Source: Nitrospirales bacterium
GTDB taxonomy: Bacteria; Nitrospirota; Nitrospiria; Nitrospirales; UBA8639
Assembly: GCA_965203295.1 (NCBI GenBank)
Contig: CBDBCZ010000014.1
Location: forward strand, 128,001 to 192,000
Length of the DNA: 64,000 bases
Reading direction: 5' to 3'
The notes below the pieces were generated by a model, which worked only from the letters and a program-made list of their open reading frames with translations, had not been told where the DNA came from and did not search any database. Below, piece by piece: positions 1-12,259 of this stretch. The translations under genes and the position numbers were made by a program. Numbering within the stretch: the first letter of the stretch is position 1; every line of letters begins with the position of its first letter.

Positions 1-562
1 TTAATAAACTATTGCTTGTATTGTTTGCTGTATGTACATAAACTTACCTGTATCTTCAGTTTTGCACTGTCAACTAATATTGATAACCATGCAGTGCCAT
101 GTACATGCCTACACATGATAGCCTAGAATACAAACCACCGCTTACAAATCACACCCTGCATTGAGTCAGTAATGACATTTATGCTATATCACTTTATATG
201 TCAATTTTGGCCAGCTCTTAGTATAATAGAAGGGGTACAGCATATCAATTGCAATAAAAGGGGTAGTATAATAGAAGGGGTATAGATATTGCAGCATATC
301 AATTGCAAAGCAGTTTATAGCCATACATAGTGGTGTTAGCAAACAGCCTTTAGCAGCTCTGATTTGAACATGACTCCAGTGTCATCTTTCCTTCCCAGTA
401 AACTCCACGTTCTAATTTGTTTGGCATTCGCAGTATGCCCCTTTTGTAGCCTGGGAAAGAGATCTCTATTACAGCATCCTGATACTGCAACCACCCATTT
501 AGTCAGTGGCATTGACAGCTTCAAGAGCGGGATAGTGGTGAACATGTCTATTGTGCACACAG

Positions 563-3500
563 ACATTTCCTGGCAGTTCAACCCAAGGAAACATAACAGT
601 TCCCAAAGACTCTGTGACCTATCAATTCCAAGTCAGTGCATCAATCTACAGTGGTGGGCAGGAAAATCAAGGGAGTCTCTCTGCCATTACTCCTGAGTCC
701 ACTATTCATGTGCCAAAACCAGGTATTTATATATATTTTTCTTATAGTGACTTGCATGCAGACACACATCTCTGTCGTGAAGCTCAGAAATGTACATTAT
801 TAATTTATTTGTAGGCCTACCACAACCCCTGGATGTTCGTGTGGTACAGATCAACAATGCAAGCGTGACCCTCCAATGGAGTTATCCACCTCCTCCAATA
901 GAGCCAATTATCAATTTCATGGTATGACTGAAGGCATGCAATTGCTTTAAGTCTTTGACCAGTGTGTGTTGAGAATGGAATAATGATGGTAGAACTGTAA
1001 ACTTGAATCCATTGCATGCATACATGTTTAACAACAAAAACAATGGGAATGGAGATGTTATGGAAAGTGAACTTCACAGCTCAGTCTTCTAACGAATCTG
1101 CTCTCCAATCTTGAATGACTACTCTCCCATATAGGAATGTCTCCCTATGTGTTTATTAATGAACTCACTTACGTACCTATTGTTGGTGGACTTTATGAAC
1201 ACGTAACATGACAATGTTATTTCTACACAGATTACATATGCAGGTCCTGTTGCATCACTTGATGAAGAGTTTGGAGAGAGGACCTCAACGTCCACGAGGA
1301 TCACCGTCTCTCCCCTCACTCCCGACACCACCTACCAGTTTAGGGTCTCTGCAATCACACAGCAAGGGCAAGGGGGAGAGGTGACAGTTTACGCCACTAC
1401 TGCGGCACCTGAAGGAGGTATGCTTGTGGACTGACCCCAATAGCCTCATTCTCAGGTCCCCATTTTATTTAGGTGCATAAAGTTAAAGCAGAGGGCCTGG
1501 TGTCTAAAGTCACATTATTGATTTATGCGGTTATGTGCGGGTGAGTACTAATATGAAGAGCAACGGTATACCCAGAGACTTCATTTCAGTGGTATTTTTA
1601 CAACCTCTGAAGATAAGCTAGATTCGAAGTGTAGACTCACTACCATCAGTCATTCTCTGAGAACTTTAGTTGTGCTCGCCCACACTCTATTACGCTCGGC
1701 CTGCACATGTGATTTTACTAACCAAGCTCTTTGTCTTTACTTTATGTAACCAAAGAAGGTGCAGGCCTGGGAACAAGGCTACAACCCAATTGCTTTTTAC
1801 CAGCCGGAGCGCGCGCAGCGCACGAACGGCTGGTACTAAGATTGCTTTACGTTTTCCGCGTCTGTTTGTTTGTTTGTTTGTCTGTTTGTGCGTCCGCACT
1901 TATCACATGCGCAATATATTACGTCATACGTTACTATGCAACTGCAGTGTATAGCAGCGTTGGAGGTTTGCAGGCCAAGCTACAGCAAATGAAGGTAGTT
2001 TTGTGTTGCCTAGATGGCAAAAACGTGGTAGGTAGCCATGAAGATTCTGGTTTCTTGGCATATAGCTACTATCTGGAGGCGCATGACAAAACTGCTGAGT
2101 CAGCACTTTCGCTGTACCGTTCTAGGAATATAGTTTCTCTGGCTCTACAGCTGTAGTTTAGTAGCTTGGCCTAAGCTGAGTTGTGTGTATTGTACGGGAA
2201 AGGCGTCCGGTTGGTTTTTTAGACATGAAATGTCAGACTTGTTTAGGCTCATTATACCTGTAGCTTTACATGAAATTGGTTCATTGCCAAAAAGGGTTCC
2301 ACTCCCATAATTAAGTTGCCATATGGTTGACATGATGTAATTGTTTCGTGGCATGAGCCTAGATTATGGGTTCGTACTGTGACCTGTAGTATTCTCATAC
2401 CCATTCAACAGCAAAGCTTGCCTTCTTTCACATCCGTATTGGCCCGATTCAGGACTGTCTGGCCTGGCATGTGAGTTTGTTTGTGTACGTACAGGTATGA
2501 ATTTCATCAGTATACCGTACTCTAGACAGAATAATGACCAGTATACACACTATATGAAATACACATTTTTGCAGCACGGGTCACATTTGTGCATCAGTCA
2601 ATAAATCAGTGATTGTGCAAGTACAATAAAGTATAGAGTAATGGTAATTGAGTAGCTATTGTCAGATATTCTGCTTGAGAACAATGAAGTGTGGAATGAA
2701 TTCGATGACAGAGTACAATGACTGTATACTACCGAATTAGTAAAGCAGAGAGAATACCTGAAACTGTATATACAGCCTTTATAAAGACCACACTAACTGA
2801 TTTGTGGATACAATTCCCTGTCTATAAAAATGTGCAATGTTAGTCTCTTTCCCAGGTTCTTGCAGATGAGGACTCTTTTCCTCACCAAGAGCCTGGGAAT
2901 GAGGGCTAGTGCAATGTCTGCTAGAACAAACACAGCTAGGTACTGTGTGGAAGACTCATATAGATGTTTTTTTATCTGTCTGTACAATAGGATAATGATG
3001 ATATAGCAGCTAATATTCGCTCATCCCTGGTCTCCACTCTGAGCTCCCAGTGCAAGTGTAGCCTCACCACAGCTCACATCACTAATGACGAACTCAGCTG
3101 CAGGGGACGACTCACGAACCAGATCGTCTACCGAGCCAGGATCCTCGGCACCAGCAGTTACAGTGCCAGTGCTCTAGTGGAGCTCATGCAGTCATGGGTG
3201 GATGAAGGGCAAACCTCGGTAAACGTTGGAGTCTCCCGTCTTCAAGTCGATCCAACCTGCCCTGTGTCTCTGGCCAACCTCCTTGCCCCAGATTGCCCTG
3301 TCCTGCCAACAGGAACTATCCCAACAACTGGTTCCAGTGATGATTCGCTCTCACCTGGACAGATAGGAGGGATCGTAGTGGGAGCTTTGATTGCAGTGCT
3401 GTTGTTAGTTGCCATCGTTCTGTTGGCTTGGTTGATCTGGACGCGATCTAAGTGGAGCACCAGGTAGCTGTTAAATTAGCTATAGTCATACGTACACTTA

Positions 3501-4046
3501 GAGTCCATACATGAACTACATTCCACCTCCTGCCCTGATTTTAATCTCATAGCCATGGGAAAGTAAAACCCTGTTCGCATAGTCAGCTAATATCAGCTTT
3601 CATGCGGTTTGTCAGGAACTGTAAAAAAATTTTATGTAAATTATAGAACTGCACTTTGGGCTTGGATCGTGGTGAATGTATGGGCACATATAGTGAAAAA
3701 CCTACCCACCTTTCAAATCACTGCATAATACTACAAATCTCGTATAAATGTACATGTAATGTGGAAATGTCATAAGTTATGGTAAACCAGCTTAGCATTC
3801 ACTATGCAATATTATTTAAAACTTTTCTATTCAGCACCTCCAGTCAGCCCTTGAAGGAAGAGGACAATACACCTTTCGCTGATATTGGAGAGACAGAACG
3901 ATAGTATGTAAATAAATGTGTACATCTTAAAAAACTATACGTATGATCATGGTGGGTATTTAATTTTATTTTACAGCGTTCATCATGACGTTGGCGTTTT
4001 TGATGCTGACAGCATGTTGAAGGAAAAGCCTACTACTAACCTGTGA
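563..4046 (+). CDS. Receptor paralog A, 3' part only (FN3, FN3, Cys-rich juxtamembrane domain, TM, tail); 5' exons lie upstream of the window
   Basis: GT-AG exons 563-722, 815-921, 1231-1417, 2412-2470, 2991-3463, 3835-3903 and 3977-4046 splice in frame and are homologous to exons 15-21 of copy B. TM is GQIGGIVVGALIAVLLLVAIVLLAWLIW; the C-terminus is LKEKPTTNL*. Confidence 0.88.
1441..1781. mobile_element. TAGCCTC...GGCTA-ended non-autonomous DNA element
   Basis: Terminal inverted repeats tagcctcattctcagg / cctgggaacaaggcta, the same termini as the short palindromes at 2841, 11666 and 59757. The TSD is degenerate. Confidence 0.55.
1794..2243 (+). mobile_element. Helentron-associated non-autonomous element (HINE/DINE-1-like), copy 1
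   Basis: 5' T-run, subterminal IR accagccgga (1799) with a nearby partial inverted copy, GTTT/GTCT microsatellite, 3' subterminal IR tccggttggt (2206), short hairpin gacat-gaa-atgtc, then TT. A second copy lies at 27430-27866. Confidence 0.7.
2841..2908. mobile_element. 68-bp palindromic miniature element with 9-bp TSD
   Basis: tagtctctttcccagg...cctgggaatgagggcta flanked by the perfect direct repeat gtgcaatgt (2832-2840, 2909-2917). Confidence 0.8.
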
Positions 4047-5473
4047 ACACACACTGTGGCTTTGTTTCATAACTTATTGTGCTATTCATGCCATACAGAT
4101 GCACACGTGAACACAATTATTAGTGCTTGCATTGCTACAGTGGCTGACAGTGTTACATTAGATAGGATTTCTGTACCAAGAATAATTCTGCCTTGCCACA
4201 GCAATATTGCTGTATATATACTTGAGATGCATACTTTACATGCACTAATTAGTTGCTTCCTATGTACATGTATGTAACTTGAACTACTGTCGCAAACTGC
4301 TATTGCAGTTTTGATTGGTTTATGCATTATTATACCTATCTTTGTCATTCCTTGGCGTTATGTTCTTATAACTGTACATGCATGTGTAGTTATGTACATG
4401 TCAACGTTCGTCTTCTGTACCGTGACTTGCTGAATCTTTTAATAACGATGATTTTAAGTATACTTTGGCATATCATGCAGGTGATGTGACAGCTTGAGAA
4501 TCATCTATGCCATTCTCTGCAGCATACCTTCGTTTGATACTTCACTGTTTCTATGGTCCTGGATTGCTCTCTTGCTGCAGCTGCCTTTTTTGCATGCAGT
4601 TATAAGTTGATACATACAATAATAATATTAGTGTTTGTTTGTCACTACAATTCATCAGTATGTCTGAACCCATGCTATCTATACTGCCTTACATGTCAAT
4701 GAAGACAATATTAATAATGTGATTGAATTCAGATCCTGAATTGAATTAGATAATTATTGTAACAACTAATTAAATTTAACTATAATTATGGCAGGACGTA
4801 CAAAGAAGGGTGGTAGTTCCACAGAGTTAATCAATTGGCGCCTGAGGCTTCTTTGTGTACGAACGTTTTCGACTTGATTGTAATAATGAAACTTGACCAT
4901 GGGACATCAGATCAGTTGATGAGTAAATATCCACTAGACAGCTAGCTACATGGTTGCAGTACTGTAAGGAAGCCATCTGATGTGTTTTGGCACTACCTCG
5001 GGTTGTTTTAAAACCACTTAGCTACCTTGTATCAATATATGACATCCATAATTATGGAGAAGTTTGGGCCTAAAACCATAAACCTAATCTACTATCTATA
5101 TATATGCTAAAACGGACATTAGTTGAGTGGAGGTGAAAATCAATACCGTCTTTAAAGTTTCCTGGTGAAAATGCTTCGCACATGCATGATCAAAGGACCT
5201 TTGGAATTACTTTCGTTCATCATGCAGAAGCTGCCAGCGAAATTGAGATGGCTATATAAAACAGCTGCCGTTTACTTTCACAACCAGTTCGAAATTCCAG
5301 CTAAAAAGAAGAGATGGCCTACAACCAGCGGTGAAGGTAAGGCAATAGTAAAAGTCTCAGAACCTTGGTACAACCAAGCAAGGCTGGTCCAGGATAGGTT
5401 TAATCATAGATTACTATTAACTATGGTTTAATTGCCAGGGTCACCACTGCAGCTATACCAACAGTCACACATG

Positions 5474-5863
5474 TAGGCTTGAGATAATTATGCTGGAATA
5501 ATTTTAGAATAATAGCAAAAACATTAGAATAAAGAATAATTCTAATAGTAGCAAGCCTCAGCATTTTTGGTGGCCCGCGCCCGGATGAGTGGGCCAGCAA
5601 TGCATGAGGACTGGGTGCTCAATAGATCGAGTTTTTTCTTTGGTTGAGTGCCTAGCTAGCACTCTACGATAGTATCAATCGCATCTGAATGAGTGGCTGG
5701 TGTATTAATGTTGACAAGTCAATGTGTAGTTGTCTTTCCTAGAATGCTCACTTATGTAACAGTATAGCAACAGACAAATAGTAGCAAAAAAATGGCAGAA
5801 TAATAGCAATAAATCAAAGAATTTGAGAATAGAATAATTGCAAGCATAATTATCCCAAGCCTA
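5474..5863. mobile_element. hAT-like MITE
   Basis: TIRs taggcttgagataattatgct / agcataattatcccaagccta; 8-bp flanking repeat cacacatg / cacacaag. Confidence 0.7.
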
Positions 5864-6058
5864 CACACAAGAGGTAACCGCTCTGGCAGTTTCCCCGCCT
5901 CCTGCACACACAACGGACGGTTCCAGCGCCAGCAAAGCTCCAAGAACGACAACCTAGGATCTTAGAATGCTCATTTCAACTGTAGCGAACGCTTTCAAAG
6001 TCTAAAGTGCGAAGCTATTCCTTGAACAAAGCACACAAATAACACACCGTCGCAGAGG

Positions 6059-6100
6059 TAGTCTCGTGCCCAGCCCAACGTGGGGCTGAGCACGAGACTA
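6059..6100. mobile_element. 42-bp palindromic miniature element with 9-bp TSD
   Basis: tagtctcgtgcccagccc...gggctgagcacgagacta flanked by tcgcagagg / ttgcagagg. Confidence 0.72.
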
Positions 6101-8463
6101 TTGCAGAGGAGGTTGGACACGGTCATGTGACAGCCTACGTGATCGTGGAGTTGTAAGGATTCTCTATGGAGCTGCCTGTACAGAAGTAGTTTGGTCCAGT
6201 TTCGCCCAAGTTCTGTTATTAATATACAAGAAACGCAGATTTTTGGAATCCCCTTGTGATGCGCTAGGCACTAGGCCCTAGCTAGCGACGGGCTGGGCAC
6301 GAGACCATAGATCATTAACAGTACATAGTCTCCTGCACAAGACTAAACGGTACAGGTGCCTCACCTTTTCAATTTTACTTAGCTTTTTAAGATACACTCG
6401 CAACTTTCATCACAGTGCGGAGTAGTCAGCAGGATACATTATACATACTGAATGACTGGAGAGCGGAAGTGACATCACCGCAAACTTCCTCGAAAGTACG
6501 GGGTTTTGGAGAGTACAGGTATTGCCTCACCTTTTTAATGCAAGTTGTAGTATAAAAGCTTTTGGGCAAATAATATTATGTGTAAATAAAGGTCTTTTCC
6601 AACTGGATCACACCCTGAAAGCGCAAATTCCCGCAAATATCCTCAAACTTCTCCATATGCTGGGTGAATCTCTTCTATATGTACCCTGAGCGGACATCTG
6701 TAATCAGATATGCTTGTAGCAACAGGAATAACCACTTTGTTATTTTTTCAACACCAAACTAATACATTTCTGCACTCTACTATCTATGCTGCTACATAAC
6801 ACTACAAATTGCTATAGTGTGCAGTTACCTGTAGCTGCAAACAGTGCTGTGCAAAGGGCATTGTAGAAAACTACTCCTATAGCTACCAAGTTCTTGCAAG
6901 TTGCAAAACAGTACACGTAGTTTGACTGTGTTTGTTCCCTTACCGTTGCAATTGCTACAGCCTCAACAGGTTGTCAAATTCTATGTGTAGCTACACTGTT
7001 AAAAAAGGGGTGTTAACCAAACACCTTTAGGGGCGCTATAGTCGCCGTGAACACCGAGCTCCCCATGGGTTCTATGTTACACCCTAAACGGTGGTATGTT
7101 ACACCCTAAACGGTGGTATACCACCCTCATGCAGTGTTAAACATACACCCCCAGAGTTCAGGTTAATTTCTGCACTCCCATAATAATAAAACACTCACAA
7201 GTAGCCATTGTGGAATAAACTCAATAAAAATTTAATTGGTGACAACAAAATTGTACAATACAGCATAATATCAGTGTTCAGGTTATTGAAATACAAAAAA
7301 CACTACATGTAGTAGTTCGTGACTTCATGCATTCTTTACTTGCGCTTGTAAGATTGAAGTTCCTTCTGCCACAATGAAGCGGCATGGCTTGTGGGAGTTC
7401 CTTCAGCCACCAGCAGTGCATGGTTGTGACTGCTGTAACTCAGCAGCATCTACTTAGAGATCACAAATTTCCTGCATAGAACAATGTAGAATGTATGTAC
7501 ATAACAGCATGCAGACTTAGTGCTATGCATGCATGGACAAAATGATCAATAGTGGAAGTACTTACCCGGCATAAAGTCAACCACATTCTTGAACGTGGTC
7601 ACACAGCATAGAGTGCCAAGTACTGCAAGGGTGAGAGTAAGTGAACATTCAATAACTCCTGTTCAGTACAATTGGGTGAAGCTTACCCCACCCCCCCACC
7701 CCCAACTAGGTGAAATAAAGTCTTCTCAAAACCATAGCTAGTCTATGTGTGAAACCAGTCCTACACGTACCTCTACAGTATACAGGATTAGTGTAGTTTA
7801 ATCCTCCCCAGAGATGCCATTGTAAGCTAGCTAGATTATGTATCACCCACACAGTTAGGGGAGAGAGGCCACAGCTCTTCCTTTCCAGTTCTTCCATCAT
7901 GGTATAGTTTCTGCAAACAGCTTTCTTTGCTGACCTGTATGGAACAAATGTTTCATAGTACTTTGCTTTGCAGTTACATGTACTGTACATAAATAAGTGT
8001 TATAGCTAACTCAGTTTCACTTACTTTTAGTAGGTCATCTTGGTTGGTGATGGCTCAAACACTTGTGGGAAAGCTCTTGAAACAATTCCAGCAGGACTTG
8101 TCAATGCTAAGCAATAGTAACTATAACTTAACTGTAGCTAGCAATGAGTGGTAGCAGTAACTGTGACAATTTTTGAAAAATTCACACCAGACTACATTCC
8201 AACTACAGGTGACAATAGCACGTATGCATTCTCTTTTTAAAGGGTCAACATTACATCATACAATACTGTACTTTGCCATCTCTTACTGCAAGTTTCCCAG
8301 GCAGGACCTTAAGAAATTTCCAGTAGGGATGTATTACTCGCCTTCGACTTAGCTGTTGTACTTATAATAGTTGTGGGTGAGAGTGGGTAAATATTTAATA
8401 ACTCCCATTCAATACAATTTTGTTACCACATTTAACGTACCCTTGAAGTCTACTATTAAAAAG

Positions 8464-9307
8464 CAGTTCACTAGCGTATAGTCCTACCTCCATCCAAATA
8501 ACCAGGGCTAGTGTTTCAATCCTCCCCTGAATGCTGATGGTTGAAGATGAGAGTGGGTGCACTTTCAATATCTCTTTTTCGATACAGCTTCGATGTTAAT
8601 TGATAGCTCGACTGATAAGGTGTCTAATACAAACTAGTTCACTAGACCAAGTCCTACCTCCATCCCAATAAACAGGATTAGTAGTTCAACCCTCCCCTGA
8701 ATGCTGTGTGTGGGTGTGAGTGGGTGAACAGTCATGACAATAACTCCTTTTCGATACGATTTCGTTAGCTTATCGAAGGTCACACCCCCCTGATAAGTGG
8801 AAGTAAACTCAAAACTAGTTCACTAGTCCTACCTCCATCCCAATAAATAGGAGAAGTAGTTCAACCCTCCCCTGAACGCTGTTGTATTGATGGTTGTGGG
8901 TGAGAGTTGGTGAACAGTAAATAACTCCTTTTCGGTACGATTTCGTTAGCGTATAGAAGGCCACACCCCCCTGATAGGTGGAAGTAAACTCAAAACCAGT
9001 TCACTAATCATAATTACAACTACTGGCTGTGTTCACCAACTCTCACCCACAACCATCACTACAACACCATTCAGGGAAGGGTTGAACTACTTCTCCTGTT
9101 TATTGGGATGGAGGTAGGAGTAGTGAACTGGTTTTGAGTTCACTTCCACCTATCAGGGGGGTGTGACCTTCTATAAGCTAACGAAATCGTACCGAAAAGG
9201 AGTTATTGACTGTTCACCAACTCTCACCCACAACCATCACTACAACAGCATTCAGGGAAGGGTTGAACTACTTCTCCTGTTTATTGGGATGGAGGTAGGA
9301 CTAGTGA
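8464..9307. repeat. About 175-bp tandem repeat: three forward units, then about 1.6 inverted units
   Basis: The motif agttcactag..gtcctacctccatcc recurs at about 8464, 8634 and 8815. Its reverse complement (gggatggaggtagga..agtga) recurs at about 9105 and 9286. Confidence 0.85.
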
Positions 9308-10978
9308 GTGAGTCTTATGTCGGTATTCCAGTGCTTGAAAGCCACACCTACTAACACCTTCAATCCCCAAAACACACCTGCATGTCTCCTAAATATTGGG
9401 ATAGGGTTGAAAACATAAGTGAAGGGGGTTTCCTTGTGAACCTAGTGGTCTAAAGGGCCTAGATTGTTTTCCTTGAATAACAAGGACAAATGGGTGAATT
9501 TAAACTAGTATTCGCTCGCTCGTCAACATGAGTTCTTCAGGGAAAATAATGATCAGTGCTATTTTCTGACTATTGGTCCTAGTTAGAATCACACTGGTAT
9601 GGTTTGCCATGCATATCTCACATTTTAGCTGCACAAGGCCAGTAGTTGTAATTATGATTAGTGAGTAAGACTTATGTTGGTATTCCAATGCTTGAAAGCC
9701 GCACCTACTAACACCTTCAATCCCCAAAATACACCTGCATGTCTCCTAACTATTGGGCTGGGGTTGAAAACATAAGTGAAGGAGTCTCCTTGTGAACCTA
9801 GTGGTCTAAAAGGCCTAGATTGTTTTCCTTGAATTATAAGGACAAATGGATGACACCAGTATTTGTTCACTCGTCAACATGAGCTCTTCAGGGGAAATAA
9901 TGATCAGTGCTATTATCTGACTATTGGATCTAGTTGTAATCATACTGGTATGGTTTGCCTTGAATATCTCACATTTCAGTTCCACAAGACCAGAGTTGTG
10001 ACTATGATTAATTATTTCAGTGTGCAAGACTTAGGTCAGTATTATGTTAGTGCTATTTCCTTCACAGTTACAATCAGGTACATGTAGAAGTGAGCTATGC
10101 TCCTAGAGCACTGAACAAGGACATTCTGAAGGCAAAGCTAACTAATATGCTTCAAACCATGCCCAACAGCAAGAAAACAAGTTTGGTTAGGAGATTGAAG
10201 GTGTCAGTAGGTGTGGCTTTCAAGCTATCTAATAGAGCCTAAGTCTTGCTCAGTAAAGCACCTAATTGGGTAGAATTTCTTACCATATGGAGCTATAATG
10301 TGAGATGTTGAGGGCAAACCTAACCAGTATGCTTCAGACCATGCCCAATAGTCAGGAAATTGCTTTAGTTTTCGTTTTCCTTGAGTATCTAGTGTTGACG
10401 AGAGCGCAAGTTTTGTTTCTCCCCCTGTCCTTATTATTCAAGGTAGAAGTGAGCTATGCTCCTAGAGCACTGAACAAGGACATTCTGAAGGCAAAGCCAA
10501 CTAATATGCTTCAAACCATGCCCAACAGCAAGAAAACAAGTTTGGTTAGGAGATTGAAGGTGTCAGTAGGTGTGGCTTTCAAGCTTTCTAATAGAGCCTA
10601 AGTCTTGCTCAGTAAAGCACCTAATTGGGTAGAATTTCTTACCATATGGAGCTATAATGTGAGATGTTGAGGGCAAACCTAACCAGTATGCTTCAGACCA
10701 TGCCCAATAGTCAGGAAATAGCTTTGGTTTCCATTTTCCTTGAGTTGATGAGAACACAAGTTTTGTTTTCTTCTTGTGTCCTTGTTATTCAAGGTAGAAG
10801 TGAGCTATGCCCTTAGAATACTGAACCAAGACATTCTGAAGGCAAAGCCAACTTATATGCTTCAGACCATGCCCAACAGCAAGGAAACAGGTTTGGTGTG
10901 GCAATTGAAGGTGTTAGTAGGTGTGGCTTTCAAGCTTTCTAATGGAGCCTAAGCCCTGCTTAGTAAAGCACCTAATGG
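9301..10978. repeat. About 360-bp tandem repeat: two units, then about 2.5 diverged units in the opposite orientation
   Basis: Units at about 9301-9660 and 9660-10013 contain gcttgaaagccRcacctactaacaccttcaatc. Units at about 10084-10443, 10443-10795 and 10795-10978 contain its reverse complement attgaaggtgtYagtaggtgtggctttcaagc. Confidence 0.85.
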
Positions 10979-11665
10979 TAGCTACTTATTCATGACATAC
11001 ACCTAATGGTGATTTCATCTTTTCAAATCAACACATACAGGCATGTCATTCATTCTAGAACTGCTTCATAGTGCCAATGGATTTACATTAAATTTTTCCC
11101 CCTTTGGTTGGAGTGCTTCATTACACCTTAAAGGTGTTAATGGTTTAGTAGGGCGTTTTGCCAACACCCAGGGGTGTCACTACACCGTTTGTTGTCAGGG
11201 TGTTTCACTACACTGCGTAAGGGGTGTTCCACAACACCCCATTTTTAACAGTGTAGCTAGCTACTGAATAACACTTCAAGTAGCAGCTAATACCATACAT
11301 CGGGGGTATTAATAAACTTTTATCGGTATCTTACACGTGTACGATGACGAAAACATACTTTTGTTCACGCGTAAAACCGCGTAAATACCGCCGCAACACG
11401 CGTGGTCGGTGTAGCCTAACCCTAACGCAGGCTGCGAGATAAAATCTGGGTGTGTAAGGCCTGGGTTCGAGGCAATGGTCGCTGAGCGCTAACAGCCATA
11501 CGCTGCGTCAACGAGTGTAACTAACCACTTGTCAAGTTTTGCTAAGGCCACAGAACACGATTTCTTGCGCCAAACGTTCGCTGTGTTGCGATCGTACGCG
11601 GGAAATAGCGCGAATACACGCGAAAACGCGCTTCACGCGGTTTTATCGGGGTATTGACATAATAC

Positions 11666-11741
11666 TAGCCTCGTACCCAGGCCTTCCCCGCACTTGTTTA
11701 TTTTCGCGAGTGCGGGGAAGGCCTGGGTATATACGAGGCTA
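11666..11741. mobile_element. Palindromic TAGCCTCG miniature element
   Basis: tagcctcgtacccaggccttccccgcact...agtgcggggaaggcctgggtatatacgaggcta; flanks acataatac / atatagtac (7 of 9 match). Confidence 0.7.
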
Positions 11742-11768
11742 ATATAGTACTATGATTGTGTTGACTAA

Positions 11769-12259
11769 TTACCCCGCGGCGCGTAGGCGGCGGCGGGGTT
11801 AAGCGATTGGTTTGGTCTGTCCGTCCGTTGTCTGTCCACTAAAAAATCGGCCTATCTCGCGATTTACAGGGTTAAGCGATTGTTGCTAAACACGACAGTA
11901 ACATTGAAATCAAAAAAAATGTCCGTGTGTGTACCTGATAGTCGCCAATGCGGTTCCATTCGCTGCATCTGCAGCTCTTTCTTATTTAACAACGGTACAG
12001 TCTGCCATTTTAATACGGTCACAACTAAATACAATGGGGGGCGGGCATATACGGACTCTGGTTACGTGTTCACGTTGGCAATCGGTCACGCCCACCACTT
12101 CCCATAAGATAATATGGATACGCATACACGAGCGCTATACACGAGCGCTGTACACGCTGCGTGCGGATATACACTTTTCCAACTGCTCCATCAACCAAGT
12201 CTGCAGTCCTGCCAGGTCCCAGTTATGAATTATGCACCGCGGGGTATGTCTCTGCTAGT
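11769..12259 (+). mobile_element. Second HINE/DINE-1-like family
   Basis: 5' taccccgcgg with an adjacent inverted copy, GTCY microsatellite (gtctgtccgtccgt), 3' subterminal IR ccgcggggta near 12237, ending ctagt. Confidence 0.6.

Larger units (their letters stand above)
6994..11253. mobile_element. CACTG-ended (EnSpm/CACTA-like) non-autonomous element, about 4.3 kb, with internal tandem and inverted arrays
   Basis: Termini cactgttaaaaaaggggtgtt / aacaccccatttttaacagtg, flanked by TA (tagcta on both sides), with acacc-rich subterminal repeats at both ends. No intact transposase is visible. Confidence 0.7.

Noticed and set aside
7300..8100. Possible minus-strand exon remnants inside the CACTG element
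   Set aside because: Splice-like boundaries exist, but stops are frequent and I recognise no protein motif.
8464..10978. CRISPR-like or coding interpretation of the tandem arrays
   Set aside because: Units are 175 and 360 bp with no unique spacers, there are no cas genes, and the context is eukaryotic.
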